Assembly (NCBI GenBank): GCA_000182565.2
Contig: KQ257456.1
From: Spizellomyces punctatus DAOM BR117
Lineage: Eukaryota
Strand: one strand, 5' to 3'
DNA length: 64,000 bases
The notes beneath the pieces are model-generated. The model was not told the origin of the DNA. It was given only the letters and a program-made list of their open reading frames with translations, and searched no databases. A program made the translations under genes and the position numbers. Position 1 is the stretch's first letter. Each line of letters begins with the position of its first letter. Shown here piece after piece: positions 27,092-39,957 of this stretch.

Positions 27092-29413
27092 ATGCGCCCA
27101 CTCATAATACCGGAGGACGAGCCCCTACCTCAAGAAGAAGAACGCCAAGTCTCGCCCAATGTTGCCGCCGTCATCAGTCGTAGCAAATCACGTCAAGGCC
27201 CGAGGAGGACGTCCCTTGCAGCGTCATTGGCTTCTCCTGTAGCCAAGTTGAAACCGGTGCCTTTTAGGAGAGCCCAGACAGAAAACTTTACGTCTGCGGC
27301 GTCTGCGGGTTCGGGTTCATTTAGTGATTGGCCGTTGCTCAAGAGAAGCGATACCAGTTTAAGCGGTATGAGTGGGAGCTTTCGGCATAAGAGCGCTCTG
27401 ATGAGGAGAATGAGTAGCTTTGGTGGAGCTCCCATTTACATTCCGCCAACTATTGCAAATGCTGTTGAGGCGGAGGCGGAAGATGCGGGCAGGTTGAGAT
27501 GGGCGATTCTGTTATTGACATGCTTGCTCTTGTTTGGGAACTACTATGGTGAGTAAAAGCCAGTAAAATATGCCTCGGGTGGTGCCATTTTACTACGGTA
27601 TTTTTGAGGTTAGACGCTCATTTCTGTCTGTTTAGCATACGACAATCCCGCAGCCCTTAACCGGCCGCTTCAGCAATATCTTGGTCATGACTATGACACA
27701 TGGCAGTACGAACTGAACCTCCTGTATTCTGTTTATTCCTTCCCAAATATGTTCTTGCCCTTTCTCGGCGGTCAGCTCGTAGACAGGGTGGACGTGAAGA
27801 AGGTTTTGGTCTTCTTTTCGGCAGTGGTGTGTATGGGACAGACGTTATTTGCTGTCGGTGTATCGTCAAAGAGCTTTGGCATTATGCTGCTTGGCAGGGT
27901 TTTGTTTGGGATTGGGGGCGAGAGCATTGGAGTTGTGCAAGCTAGCATTACGACTGCCTGGTTTAGGTAAGCATCAAGTCTTCTCTATACGGTGAGGCGG
28001 CGTGCGCAACCAACCTTCTTTATCGTTGTGTTAGGGGGAAGGAATTGGCATTTGCTTTGGGACTAAGTGAGTACTGTTTTGGCACTGACACTTTGAGATC
28101 TACCCGCTAATTCTCGAAAAGATCTATGCATAGCCCGCTTCGGCTCTGTGGTGAACGCCAATCTCTCCCCTCGGATCGAGAAGCACTGGACATCTGCCGG
28201 AGCAGTCTGGGTCGGCAGTTTAACTTGCTACATCTCCTTCGGCTGCGCTCTCATCCTGGTCGTCTTAATGTCAAATCATTCCCCGTCTAGCGCCAAATCG
28301 AAACGCGATACCTCACCCAAGTTGGACGAAGAACGTCCCCTGTTGACTCGTAATGCCTCATCATCATCAAATGACTTGGGACTCTCCAAAGAGATTGAAA
28401 TCGCTTCATCCAGCAGCGATGAGGATTTGAGCGGTAACAAGAACATAATTGCTGGTTGTCTGAGCGAGATTACACTTTTTCCTGGCGCGTTTTGGCTCGT
28501 ATGCCTTGTGTGTGTGCTGTTATATGGCACAGTTGTGCCTTTTAACAATATTGCATCGGATTTCTTGATGTCGAAATGGTATCCTGGTGACACGCAGACT
28601 GCTGGGACAGTTATGAGGTCAGTGCGTCAGTCATCCATGTATGTCAATCGTCAACTGACACTTGCCGATATTCTCAGCATCCCGGATACCATGTCTGCCC
28701 TTTTAGTTCCGATCTGCGGCGTCTTGGTAGACCGCTACGGCGGCCGTGCTTCCTTACTTATATTCTGTGCGCTTGTCATCGCCGCAGTGCACGCAACCTT
28801 GGGTCTCACAATGATAACGCCCGTGATCCCTCTCGTATTTCTAGGCCTTAGTTACTCTATGTACGGCGTAGCTATTTGGCCTTCGATCGCTACGATCATT
28901 CAACACCGGGAAGCTCAACTTGACTCGGATGTCAAGTTATTGGGAACGGCTTATGGGCTTTCAACCAGTGCACTGAACACGGCATTGACGATTATGCCAC
29001 TTATTGCAGCAAAGGTCAGAGTATGGAGTGGAGATTTCATGTATGTGGAACTTTTCTTTGTGTGCTTGGCTCTCTTGGGTGCCATTGCATCGGCGCTTCT
29101 GTGGGTAGTAGACGTGAAATTTGGAGATGGTGTATTGCAGATGCCTGAAGCTGAGGTTGAAGAACCCGATGCGTCACGCGGTTATTTTGGTGACGAGCAG
29201 TGCCAAGAGCCTGGTGGCTACGGGACGACACAGGAGGACGAATCGCCAAGGCCTGAAGCACCCAAAGACAAGAAAAAACCTAAACCTAGACTGGGTAAAG
29301 CGATTGGAATAAAGGTGAAAAACAGAGGACGATTGGATAAGTTTTTGGAGGATTGTGATGGGTCAGTGTCCCCTGACAGAATAGAGGATTCGATGATTTC
29401 TTCTGGTGGTTGA
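27092..29413 (+). CDS. MFS transporter, MFSD1-like (lysosomal/vacuolar)
   Basis: FGNYYAYDNPAAL, NLLYSVYSFPN, GRVLFGIGGES and WFRGKELAFALG motifs, with about 12 TM segments. Confidence 0.85.
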
Positions 29414-29645
29414 AAAGAAGCATGTTTGGAGCGTGGGCTGTAGATGGAGGGCTACGGACTGCAACTTGTGTATACCCTTCACAATTCAATGTATCTTTGT
29501 ACTAAATTTCTGATGGTAATTGTTGGGACTCTAATAAGAAATAAAAAGGCGACATTGGAACAATGCCAATCCTGGTCGATATTAACAACAAATGCAAAAT
29601 GGACAAGACAACTAGATACAATGGCGTGTTCTCCGCACGCTCAAG

Positions 29646-31509
29646 TTACCCGAATATGCTCCCTTTCAGACCCTCAATCACACTCCTCACTCTAGCTCCT
29701 GCAACCGAAACTGCAGGCCAGACCTCCGCAACCTCATCCAAAATCCTCAAGATACCATCTTCCAGAGGATTCACGCCTTCCATTGGTTCTACACCTGTCA
29801 AAGCATTTGCATAACCATTTCGCAGCAATCGGCCCAATGATGGGAGAAGAAAGACTTGACAAGAAGGTATAACCCATTTTGAGCCCCATCGCGCGAGTAG
29901 AGACGTCTGGTTCTTGTACGCCCAGAGCACACATTCCAAAGACGTTTTGCTGGGTGTGTGGGGCAGAAGGTATGTGCTGGTTTCTCCTTCATCTCGTGAA
30001 TGGAGTAGCGCGACAGCCATGCAGAAACCTAATGCGATATGTACGCCCAGAAATGACAGTTCAACATTGTCCAAGAATTTGAAGTAAGGTGGGAGAGAAT
30101 CGTAATAGGACAAGAGAGCAGAATGAACGACGGATATCGGTGAGATTGTTTGATGTGATCGGGTTATCTGACGGATCAGGATATGAAGGTATAGGAGCAA
30201 TCGTACATCCGATAAAGGTGTGATGAAACTGGCCGTGTCCAGTCCCGGAAAATACATTTGCCAATTGGCCTGTTCTCCATCTTTGACATGGCCCACCGCA
30301 AAGGTAGCCGGATATCTTGTCTCATCCGCCACGGGATCTAGCCCACTTGCTAAACCGGAAACTGTGTCCAAAATCAATAGAGCCCACCAAGCCCGCTGGC
30401 ATTCCATGCTTCGATCTCCTTCTTCGTACATGCACTTCAACTTTTGGGCACTTGTCCATATATCATACAGACCCTCAAATCCGACGTCTCGATGGCATCC
30501 TGCTTTCCACGCGCACAACAGGATTCTAGCGACAAGGTCGTCCAGTTCACAGGAGGAGACAACCGCGGGTTTCTTTGCGTCCTTTTTTAACATTGTAAGG
30601 CTGGACTTGTGCAATGCCATTGACGCCCGATCGGCAAAATATTCGCTGGCCTGATCAGGCGACGTAAAAGGTGGTGTGGAAAGGAGGGCATGAGTTGAGT
30701 ATCGTGTTCCGATGGCATATATGGCGTTTAACCTACATGTGCGCTATTAGTCTCTGTACACTTTGCATTGAACAAGAGTCGCTGACTTACAGCGCATCCG
30801 AATGACAATTGACGGGCACTAGACGTTCGAAAAAAGACTGCTCATAAAGGACCGGCAAGATGGGGTGAAACTTGGTGAAAAAGGCTGCAATGAGGTGGAG
30901 GTATAGCGACGAGGGAATAGTGGGGAGCTCCGGGATAGTTAGATTCATGGGTTGGAGAAAGAGAAAGGGAGGATTTGGAGATATCACTGTTTCAGGTGAG
31001 GTTGGTTGTGGGATCCGTGTGGATGCATCTGTTGCTGTTGCTGTGGATATCGTCGGCACGTAAGGTTCTGCACCGGGTGCCAGATCAAGCGCAAACGATG
31101 TCTCCTGCAGCCCCCATCCAGACATGTCCCACCCAAGTGTATCCATTGCTACACTCTCAGCTTCCAAAAATGTCGCGTGAGCGTCGTCCATCGTTGGCGA
31201 CAACAATCCAAAACAGCCTGCATCCCCTTCTTTCTCCACGGGTGAAGGATAAACTTCTTTTATTTCTTCCACGTCATCTTTTTCGTCGTCTGTCAACAAT
31301 GACGCGACGCTCTTTGCCCGTCTTGCTGAACCTTTCTTTGGTCCCCGTTTCTTTTGCTCAATGAACATGGTGCATTCTGCATGGGCTTTGACACAGTTTG
31401 AACAAGGATGAAACCCATCACAGCGGCGCTTTTTGGCTTTGCATCTATCGCACGATTGTGTTTGACGTTTGCGAGGGCGATGTGTCCGAATCTGGTTTGG
31501 TTCCTTCAT
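29646..31509 (-). CDS. Zn(II)2Cys6 fungal transcription factor with fungal TF middle-homology domain
   Basis: SCDRCKAKKRRCDGFHPCSNCVKAHAEC, KKRGPK, FFTKFHPILPVL and ECQRAWWALLILD. Confidence 0.9.
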
Positions 31510-31973
31510 TGTTTATTTATCAAATCAAGCGACTCAAATCGCGCGAGACGGGAACAGGCCTGTTCGTCTTTTAAATCGTTCTTGTAGCAACCCACAAATC
31601 AAAAAGACCCCGATCTCTGGGATCGGTCCAAACCCAAGAATAAGGCGCCGCTTTGAATTCCTCGATTTCAGTTCCCAATGAGTGACCACAGTTCCCAAAA
31701 AGTTAAACGTCAATTTCCCCTTAAAACTCGCTCACGATCCAAATCCTCGCCTCCTTTTTAAATTCCCTTTAGTAAACCTTCTCCGACTGGCGGTGACGAC
31801 GACGACGGGGGTTAAAAAAAACATTCCGCGCGCAAGGCTCCGAGGTGTGAAGTCTGCGCACAACGATCGATCGGTCGGTGAGGTAAGCAAATGCGAAACG
31901 AGATCGCGATCGCTCTCACGTGTGCAGAACGAGGCTGACGGAAGGGCTTTCGTTCATTGTCATCATTAGGGAA

Positions 31974-32693
31974 ATGTCGCAAGCTGCTCTTCGCAGAACG
32001 AGGGCCATTGCGTCTCATTTGGTCGTTGCACCAACGGGTTCTCAGCGGTGCATCTCCACCCGACCACCGGTTGCAACAAAACCATCCCTCGCGCGGGAAC
32101 GAACAGTGGGATTCTACAAGTATTGGATCGACATCAACACAAGGTACATGTTTGACACGGCTCTTTGTCGACTGTTGTGCAATGTAATAATACTATGAAT
32201 TAATTACAGATGGAAAGATAATGACCAATATGGACACATAAACAGGTGGTCTCAATTGTTTTAATTTTCATAGATCAGTTGCCTCTCAATGTGTGTAGCT
32301 AATCAATGTGGCAACTTTATAGATGCTACATATTACACCTTTTTTGACACTGTCGTAAACTCATACCTCATCACCCACTGTAACCTCAAACCCTCGTCCA
32401 TCCGCACACCCAACCCGGAACCCATTTTCTATGTCATCTCCTCCCAAGCGTCCTATCACGCCCCAGCCTCGTTCCCGGAAAAGCTTCGCGCTGGAATGGC
32501 CGTGGCCAAAGTTGGGACGACGAGCGTGGTGTACAAGGTCGGTGTATTCAAGCAGGTGGAAAGTGGTGAATGGACGTGTGCTGTGAGCGGGGAGTTTGTG
32601 CATGTTTGTGTGGATTCGAGGACCGGACGCCCCTTACCCATGGTAAATGAGGTGAAGGAGGGCTTAGAGAAGGTTGTCGTCGACCAATCATAA
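31974..32693 (+). CDS. Hotdog-fold acyl-CoA thioesterase (4HBT/YbgC-like), probably mitochondrial
   Basis: Basic N-terminal presequence, TRWKDNDQYGHIN, YYTFFDTVVN, KVGTTSVVY and GEFVHVCVD. Confidence 0.85.
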
Positions 32694-32878
32694 ACCAAAT
32701 GATTGATAGAGTCCTCTAACAACTGGACATTTCGTGATATCATCGCAAGTGTTTTGCAAAAGCAGCCAACATTTCTATTTACAAAAAAATGGCCAAAGCA
32801 GCCAAGCAATAAATTAGTTCCATCTGAATCCGCCGCCCAGGGACAGCGGGTTACACCGCACCGATCGTCATTCACCGA

Positions 32879-33307
32879 TTAGGCCTTCCCACTCATCTCT
32901 GGCACATCGTCAAATATGGTTCTCGCCCTTTTCAGCTCCTTATCCAACGCCAAAAGCTCATGCGCCCTCGCCCTCTTTTTTGGGTCTCTTCGTAGCACAT
33001 GAAGAAAATCGGCTGTTTTGGGTTTTGGGTTGATAGACTGTACTTTTTCGCACTGCGGACAAAAGTAAGCGTTTGGCGCGAAAATGTCAAGAAGATATGT
33101 CCAACTCACCATGTCGGATATATATGTTGTGAGCATTTCTTCCATTAGCTCTACAGAATCTTGCGAGGGATGAGCAACATCTCCAAATCCATACATTAAC
33201 AGTCGGACTGTGAAGACAGTTAGTTGAATGAGGCACTGCGAAAAAGGAAAAAGCAAGACTGGGAATTACACACCTTCTCGTGTGAAGACCCTTTTTGGTG
33301 GGCGCAT
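32879..33307 (-). CDS. TAF13: TFIID subunit 13
   Basis: MRPPKRVFTREVRLLMYGFGD...SVELMEEML...DFLHVLRRDPKKRARAHELL...ELKRAR. Confidence 0.9.
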
Positions 33308-33522
33308 GCCGTAAGTAGCAAAGTAAAGTTAGCGGGTAATGGGATCTGGGGAAAACGAGGAATGGGCATTTGCGAGATCGCCAACGATGACACTGGTTGC
33401 GACATTCCAACCAACTTATCCACTCCAAACCGGCGTTTTGTCAACGTGTTGGCTGCATCTCGAGTGAATGTCTGTTGAGATCCGATCCTTCCCATTTCTT
33501 CACCAGCCTCACCACCACAGCA

Positions 33523-34375
33523 ATGTCGGCCAAAAAACAGGTCACGCAGCTCTCGAATAGTGTGCTGTCTTTAAAGGTTCGTATCCTCGCTTATCACTGT
33601 TCAGAACAGTATCTGTAAACCTTTCGAACAGTTCATGCACCGCGCCGACGAAGCCAAAGTCCGACAAAAGCTGGAGGAAGAGCAGCGGAGAGCGCAACAG
33701 GAGGCCCAGTGGGTTGTAGGAGACTTTGATCGTGATGAGCTCGAGAGGTGGGCCGTCTATCTATGTGCATCTGTGGGTGAATGCCACGCAATTGATACCT
33801 GTCGTCTTTATCTGAATAGTGTCCAATTCGAATATGATAACAGTTATGTATCTTTCATGCCAAATACCTTTGGAAGACGATCATTTGGAAACTTCAACAA
33901 GGAGGTGGAGGTAAGGAAAGATTTTCGCGCATAAGTCGATACGGGCGACGGCCGCGCTTGGTCAATAAAAGGCGAGGGAGGCAAAGTACATGATTGTTGC
34001 GAGCCTCAAAGGGAAAACGCCTTCTAGCAAGCTACCCAAATCCTATGTTCGCTTTTCCAAACCCCAACCGATGTCACCAAAAGCCCACCAACACCTCTCT
34101 CCTAGAAACTCTCAGAAGAAGCTACACAAACTGCTCGCCTAGCGTTAGCCCATGAAAATGAAACCCGGGACTCCGTCTCAGATATGGACTTAGCAAAGCA
34201 CTTTAAAGGCATTCAACAAGATAAGAAGCGAAAACGAGACAAAGAAGAAAAGAACGATGCAGGGTCGGATTGGGATGATTTTAAAGGGCGAAAAGCCACA
34301 AGGTTCTCACATGCTGCGACGGCGACTGATGTTGAGAAGAGAAAAGATAGTAAGGTGTTTATCAAGCCAGAATGA
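33523..34375 (+). CDS. MPP6: M-phase phosphoprotein 6 (nuclear exosome cofactor)
   Basis: LSNSVLSLKFMHR, GRRSFGNFNKEVE, VSDMDLA and C-terminal FIKPE. Confidence 0.85.
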
Positions 34376-34860
34376 GATGGGAAGGATTGGGTTTTTTGAA
34401 CCTTAGGTAAGAATGTTGAGCCATCTGCGGTTTTCGTGCCAGGCATCGTTCCGGGTTGATGCCATCGCCCGAAAAATGCAAGTACGGACAAAAACAGTAG
34501 TTTCGCATGAACAGGAAAGGCAGGTTGAGTTTCTTTCCTGGCCTTATACCTCTGCTTTTGCTTTTCATCTACCCTACGAGGTGTAGTATGACCGCGTTAG
34601 AGGCTCGTTATATATCATTTGTATTATAGTAATTTATGCTGGTTTAGAACCCTGATGTGCGTGGAATGGGCCGCTTGGAGACAATATTCTAGGGTTTGTG
34701 GGAATGCTGTACAGTATTGCCTGTTCAATACAAATGTGCGGGCCAATAGTGTAGAGGTGACAGAAACTGGCACTAGCTACTACACCAGGGAATGAACCGG
34801 CGACAACTGGTTCGGAAAAGCTAACTAACTAACCAACTCCTTACAACCAACCAACTACTA

Positions 34861-35141
34861 CTAGGCCCAATGACACACGCAATACGTAACGGTTGGTTCT
34901 AACCGGGTAACTAAGCCCACCACCACGAGAGAAATCCTACTAAGCCCTTGATTCCGAAATTCTTTAGTCGGAGGATGTTCAGATACTAAGGTAACGGGAA
35001 TTAGACTGGGAATATGCATGGGAAAATACAAAGATAATGCATACCTGCGATCGTAGCAATATAGTAGTAGCAGCGTTTGCAAGGGGTTATGTTGTTTTTG
35101 TCGGGAGGGCGAGGTCCTCGACACCAGAGCGGCATTCTCAT
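34861..35141 (-). other. Candidate spliced small-ORF or lncRNA gene (73-aa ORF after splicing)
   Basis: TATAAAAA at 35244-35237, pyrimidine-rich leader, ATG at 35141, canonical 59-nt intron 34986-35044 (GTATGC..CTAAT..TTAG). No recognisable protein family. Confidence 0.45.
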
Positions 35142-35236
35142 GATGATGGACTTGAGAGTGCTGGGTGAGCGTTGCGCAGATGCTTCGAGAGTCGAGGATG
35201 GGTAAAGAGGAAAGGGGAAAGAGACAGAAGGCCCCC

Positions 35237-35244
35237 TTTTTATA
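35237..35244 (-). promoter_or_regulatory. TATA box
   Basis: CTATAAAAAGG on the minus strand followed by a CT-rich tract, about 100 nt upstream of ATG 35141. Confidence 0.5.
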
Positions 35245-36034
35245 GACCTTCCGCATGCACCTCACTGCAGTTTAAAAAAGAAAAACATTACATTAGCATG
35301 CCACACTACAGTTTGGAGAACATTAGCATCCATGCCTCCTCACCGCTTTGAGCAATGATGGGGGTTCTGATTATGCGATATGATTAACCGGATTATCCGG
35401 ATAATAATGGGTCTTAGTGCCATTTTCAATCACCTCCATACTATGTTAAAAGTCACGGGACAATGGACACTGTCCGAAAAGTTGCATTGCGTAATCGACG
35501 GGTACGACGCGATTGATAGTCGCTTTGGTCTTTCAGCTTCGTTTTCCTCCGACTAGTCAACATGTCCAGAAGCAAATCGAATCTCAATCATAACTCGCAA
35601 TGCTAAAAGATGATCTCTTCTATGCTTAATGAAGGCTTGACGATTGGCCATAGACTGCACACCGCTACATTTTCCCGTATGAAACTGTGCACCGTATCGC
35701 GCAAGCTGTTCAGATGAGGCAGGAAACCTTGAAACTTATAGTCTTAACTGATGTACTGTGCTGCATTACGAATATCTAAAAATGGATCAGTCAGTCTTTT
35801 GGAAGAGTATGTGGGGGGTCCCTTAAGTGCTGAAACTCCAAGGGCATAAATCGCTCTTGCAGGGTTCGTTTTGACGCAACGAAACGTTTTGTCGTCATAT
35901 CGATACAGCTCAAGCTGACACCTCAAAAGGAAACGTTCACCCCCACACATCGGTCCCAAGTAAACCCCATCACAAATCCATCTTGTCTTCACGTTTACAT
36001 ACAGCGCACTTGTTTCAAAACGAAACCCGGCAAA

Positions 36035-36711
36035 ATGGTCTCAGCGATTGCCGTTCTAAAAGGCGACACGCAGCCTAATGTGACGGGCGAAGTAATCTTC
36101 ACACAAGATACCCCTTCGGGACCTGTGCATGTAGAAGCCACCATCCGAAACTTGACTGAGGGAAAGCACGGTTTTCACGTTCAGTATGTTCTAGTGTTGC
36201 ATAAAAACGCCGGAGCATTTGACAGAGTCGAGAGCGATAACTGGGTACCGATTAGTGAATTTGGGGATAATTCCAACGGATGCACAAGCGCAGGAGCACA
36301 TTTTAATCCCACTGGACAGGTTCATGGGCACGTTGTCGATCCCGTATCCAACTATTTGATGAATGAGTTGTTGAGCTGTATCTGAAACCTTTACTGTAGT
36401 GACAGGACTGCACCAGTACGTCATGTAGGAGATTTAGGCAACATTGAGGCAAAGGACAGTACTGCTACCTACAAGTGGGATGACCCGCAGATCAAGCTGT
36501 CTGGACCACATTCGATTGTTGGGTAAGTTTCAAAGAGGCTGCCGGCGCTGTTTCACGCCCGATTTCAAATAGATTCTGGATTAGGAGAACCATTGTTGTC
36601 CATGAGAGAGAAGATGACTTGGGCAAAAATCCAAATGACCCCGAAAGTTTAAAAACCGGCAACGCTGGCCCGCGAGCTGCATGTGGTGTGATTGGTTACA
36701 GGAAAGCTTGA
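36035..36711 (+). CDS. SOD1: Cu/Zn superoxide dismutase
   Basis: [65 protein letters not shown]. Intron 2 is GC-AG. Confidence 0.96.
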
Positions 36712-36776
36712 CATTGCATTCTGCCATTTGCGAGTGTATCTACACATGATTGTAAATAAACCATTTTCTGTCTTGT

Positions 36777-38274
36777 TCAACTGGTATCCCGTAACTTTGA
36801 ACGGCTTCGGTCCAATCCCTCTCTAGCCATTCGCACGCCGTTTAAAAACTTGATGTTGGCTGAACGTTCTCGACATTTCAGGTAGTGCTTTATAGAATCT
36901 TTAAATTCTCCTTTCATCTGTCACCAGACAATGAGAATGAACGAACAGAATACGATAAAAAAGGGAGGGAAAGCATACCTCGGTAATCATTCCCAAATTA
37001 CATTCAACAACAGCTGCACACTCGCTGCACTCTTCGTTAGGCACGCTGTCGGCATCTTTCAGTGCCTTTCTTGCCCATTCCTCCGCTTCGGGGACGCGTC
37101 CAAGAGACGCAAACGACTCTGCAATGTTGTTGGAGACGATGGCTTGGCGGCATGTTCGTGTTGTGCGGGCAAGCGAGGTGTCAGCTGGGAGGAGGTTGAG
37201 TGCGCGGAAGTAGACTATCGTGATATTCAAACGTTTGGTTTTAGATTATACGACAGAGCGCTACTGAGAGAAGCACCTACGAGATAGTGCTAGGTCGTTC
37301 CAGCCTTTGATGGCATATACACCGGCGAGAGCCTCTAAGCTCGCTCCTAGGTCACTCGGACTTGCCCATGGTGCATGTTGAAGATTCTTTTGCGGAGCCG
37401 GTGGAGTAGTGTTCACTGGATTGGGGGGAGCGTCGTAGTGTGATTGTTGGGTGTGTGGGTAGAGCTCAGCGTCGGAGAGAAATTCTACGTGGGGAGGGCG
37501 CTCGCCGGCTGAGGTTTCCAGATTACGTGGAATATATCTTGGCGGATCTTGGTGCAGCCCCAACATCGTCTTCACCGACCACTATAAACCATGCAACTAT
37601 CATTTGATCGCTTTCCTCGGTTTATCATCCTCTTAGGACTCATGTCGGTACCTCATAAAACGTTTCAGCCCCTTCCCAATCCTCCACCCCTCGACAAATA
37701 TCCCCAATTCTCTGTGCAATTCCAACAGCCTTCTTTAACCTCGTCCCCTTCTCCTTTTCATCTCCTTGCACGACACTGCCGTAGGGGCCCAGAACCTCCA
37801 TAAAAGTCCGAATGGCGTTCAATGGGCGGTTTAGCTTTAGTTCGTACAGCTCGGCGAGTCGGAGCTTGATACCCGTCACTTCAGCGCTGTTGGGAGAGAG
37901 GCCGCACTGCTGGCACATTTCGATTGCTTCGTTGATAAACGCACATTTGTTATAGGCAGCCGTTCAACACTTTATGATTTGGCGAGTTGCATTCACCTAC
38001 CTTTTTCGTAATACTCGATAGCTTTCTCAGGTGCATCAGAATAATAATGGTTCACCATAGCGATCCTTAGCGGTCGTCGTGCTTCGGGTGGGAATGTATT
38101 ATATGTGTACCAATACCATGCTGCCGAGGCTGCAAGTGGTAGGAGTGCAAGGGCAACGAACCAGGGGCGGGCGTACAGAGGTCGATGGAGGCTCGTGCGG
38201 TCCAGAGTGCGTCTAAAGGTGAAGAATGGACGGACATGAAGGCGGGGATAGTGGCAGACGGCTCGGAAAAACAT
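36777..38274 (-). CDS. Mitochondrial-type TPR protein with a single N-terminal TM (Mgr3/TTC19-like)
   Basis: Arg-rich presequence, TM segment (WFVALALLPLAASAAWYWY), FPPEARRPLRIA, and TPR-like helices (LAELYE, LEALAGVY, NNIAE..A..WA.KAL, ECAAVVECNLG). Confidence 0.65.
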
Positions 38275-38414
38275 TGTAGATGGAATGGAATTTCAACAAA
38301 ACGTCCAAAAGCTTGAACAGCACTGATGTTTAAACCGGTTTGAATCACGGATGGTCGCTGACCAAAGGCTCGAGATCTCTCCCTCCATTGATTCACCCAT
38401 CCCCCGTAACAACA

Positions 38415-39074
38415 ATGAGCTTCACTGACTCCCCAACCACTCCGTCACGACCTCCAGATATACCCTCGACCGATACGGCATCCCCTGCTCCACGTATCGG
38501 ATCCCCAAAGGCGGAACCACCAGACCAAGCCCGGACGCGGTTTTTGCTCGAGTTAGAGTTTGTTCAATGTCTTGCGAACCCCCAGTACCTCCAATTCTTG
38601 GCACATCAACAATATTTTAATGACCCCGCCTTCCTCAATTACCTCGCCTACCTGAGATACTGGCAACAGCCGCAATATGCAAAGTACATTGTATACCCAT
38701 ACTGCCTTCACATTCTCGACCTCCTCCAGCACGCCGCCTTTCGCTCAGCGTGCTCGTCTTCTGAATTTGTGAAATCGATACATGATAAGGAGTTTTGGCA
38801 TTGGAAGACATACCGGAAGAATAGGATGTTGGAAGAGCATCGTGCTCTGGAGATACCTGTGGACCTTATGGACTCTCGGGACGTGTTTGCTGGGGGAGGG
38901 CAAGCAGCATCTCCAGCAGATCGGCCTGCACTGGAAATAGGCAACGGCACGGCGAGACCAGAAGTCAATGGTGAACCGTTGCTGAATGGGCTGACTGAAT
39001 CACCCGTGATGGCAATGGAGACCGATTTCGATTTCGGCAGCGAAGGCGGGCTATTGATGGATGGGCTTGAATGA
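38415..39074 (+). CDS. MED31: Mediator subunit 31 (Soh1)
   Basis: [22 protein letters not shown]...[24 protein letters not shown]. Confidence 0.95.
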   Translation: MSFTDSPTTPSRPPDIPSTDTASPAPRIGSPKAEPPDQARTRFLLELEFVQCLANPQYLQFLAHQQYFNDPAFLNYLAYLRYWQQPQYAKYIVYPYCLHILDLLQHAAFRSACSSSEFVKSIHDKEFWHWKTYRKNRMLEEHRALEIPVDLMDSRDVFAGGGQAASPADRPALEIGNGTARPEVNGEPLLNGLTESPVMAMETDFDFGSEGGLLMDGLE

Positions 39075-39236
39075 TATAACCGAGTCTTATTGTACATAGT
39101 TTGAATGGAAGTATATGCGGTGGGTCGTTACTGATCACACCCGTGTTCATTTACGGGCTATATGAAAACATGGACCTCCATCCACATATAGCCCAGAAAG
39201 CACTGGTCAAACGCATCATATTACGTTACTCCGCAC

Positions 39237-39957
39237 TCATAGTTGAATCTCTCTGACGCCATTCTTATCCACCACCTTCACCATAAACTCGGGTAATTGC
39301 GCAATAAACCTAGTCTTCAGCTCTGCAATACACTTTTTCAGCAGCGATATGGCCTCTTCCACCGACAAATCCTCCTTCCAATATCTGTCCATGGTGGACA
39401 TGCAAAAGTAGGATGCGTATCCATGCGCGGCAAAGTTCATCTTCACCATGGCGCCGAGGTAGTCTAGCCAGTACAATTCTGGTTTGCCCGTTTTCGGATC
39501 GGTCCCGGCAATGAGGACGCTTACGTGGTATGGGTTCTAAAGAAGCCCAGCAAGCCTCAGAGTCAGGAAAATCAAATCAATCTCCAGCACGCAGACAAGT
39601 TGTTCCTCACCCGGCTCCTCAGACTCTCTGCAAGCTCCCTCCTCGTGAAATTTGCCGTAGCATGAACTGACAATGGAATTCCGTTTCGAATTCCATATAG
39701 CTGGATGTTCCGTTGAATGTATTCCGCAAACTGGACCGTGTCGCCCGCTTCCCCCGTGTATAGCATTAGAGTGTGCTTGTTCAATTCACGAGACTTGTCC
39801 TCCCCGTGCTTCATAATCACGATTGACCGCGCGGATGTGCGGTCTGATGCTGTGACAACAAAGTCTTTGCCTACTATGCCAAAGAGGGCCTGGACGCCAA
39901 AGATGGTGAGGAACAGCGTGCTGTGGAGCGGCCCAAATTCCGGATATTTACCTCCAT
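39237..39957 (-). CDS. PRE1: 20S proteasome subunit beta-4 (Pre1/PSMB2)
   Basis: GEAGDTVQFAEYIQRNIQLY, ANFTRRELAESLRSR, NPYHVSVLIAG, YWLDYLG and AHGYASYF. Confidence 0.95.

Noticed and set aside
33073-33084. Strong E2F-like site TTTGGCGCGAAA
   Set aside because: It lies inside a short TAF13 intron, not in a promoter, and is a single occurrence.
34815-34865. CTAA/CCAA repeats as a telomeric remnant or telomerase RNA template
   Set aside because: No (TTAGGG)n array or CTAACCCTAA-like template is present. Treated instead as part of the UAG-rich transcript.
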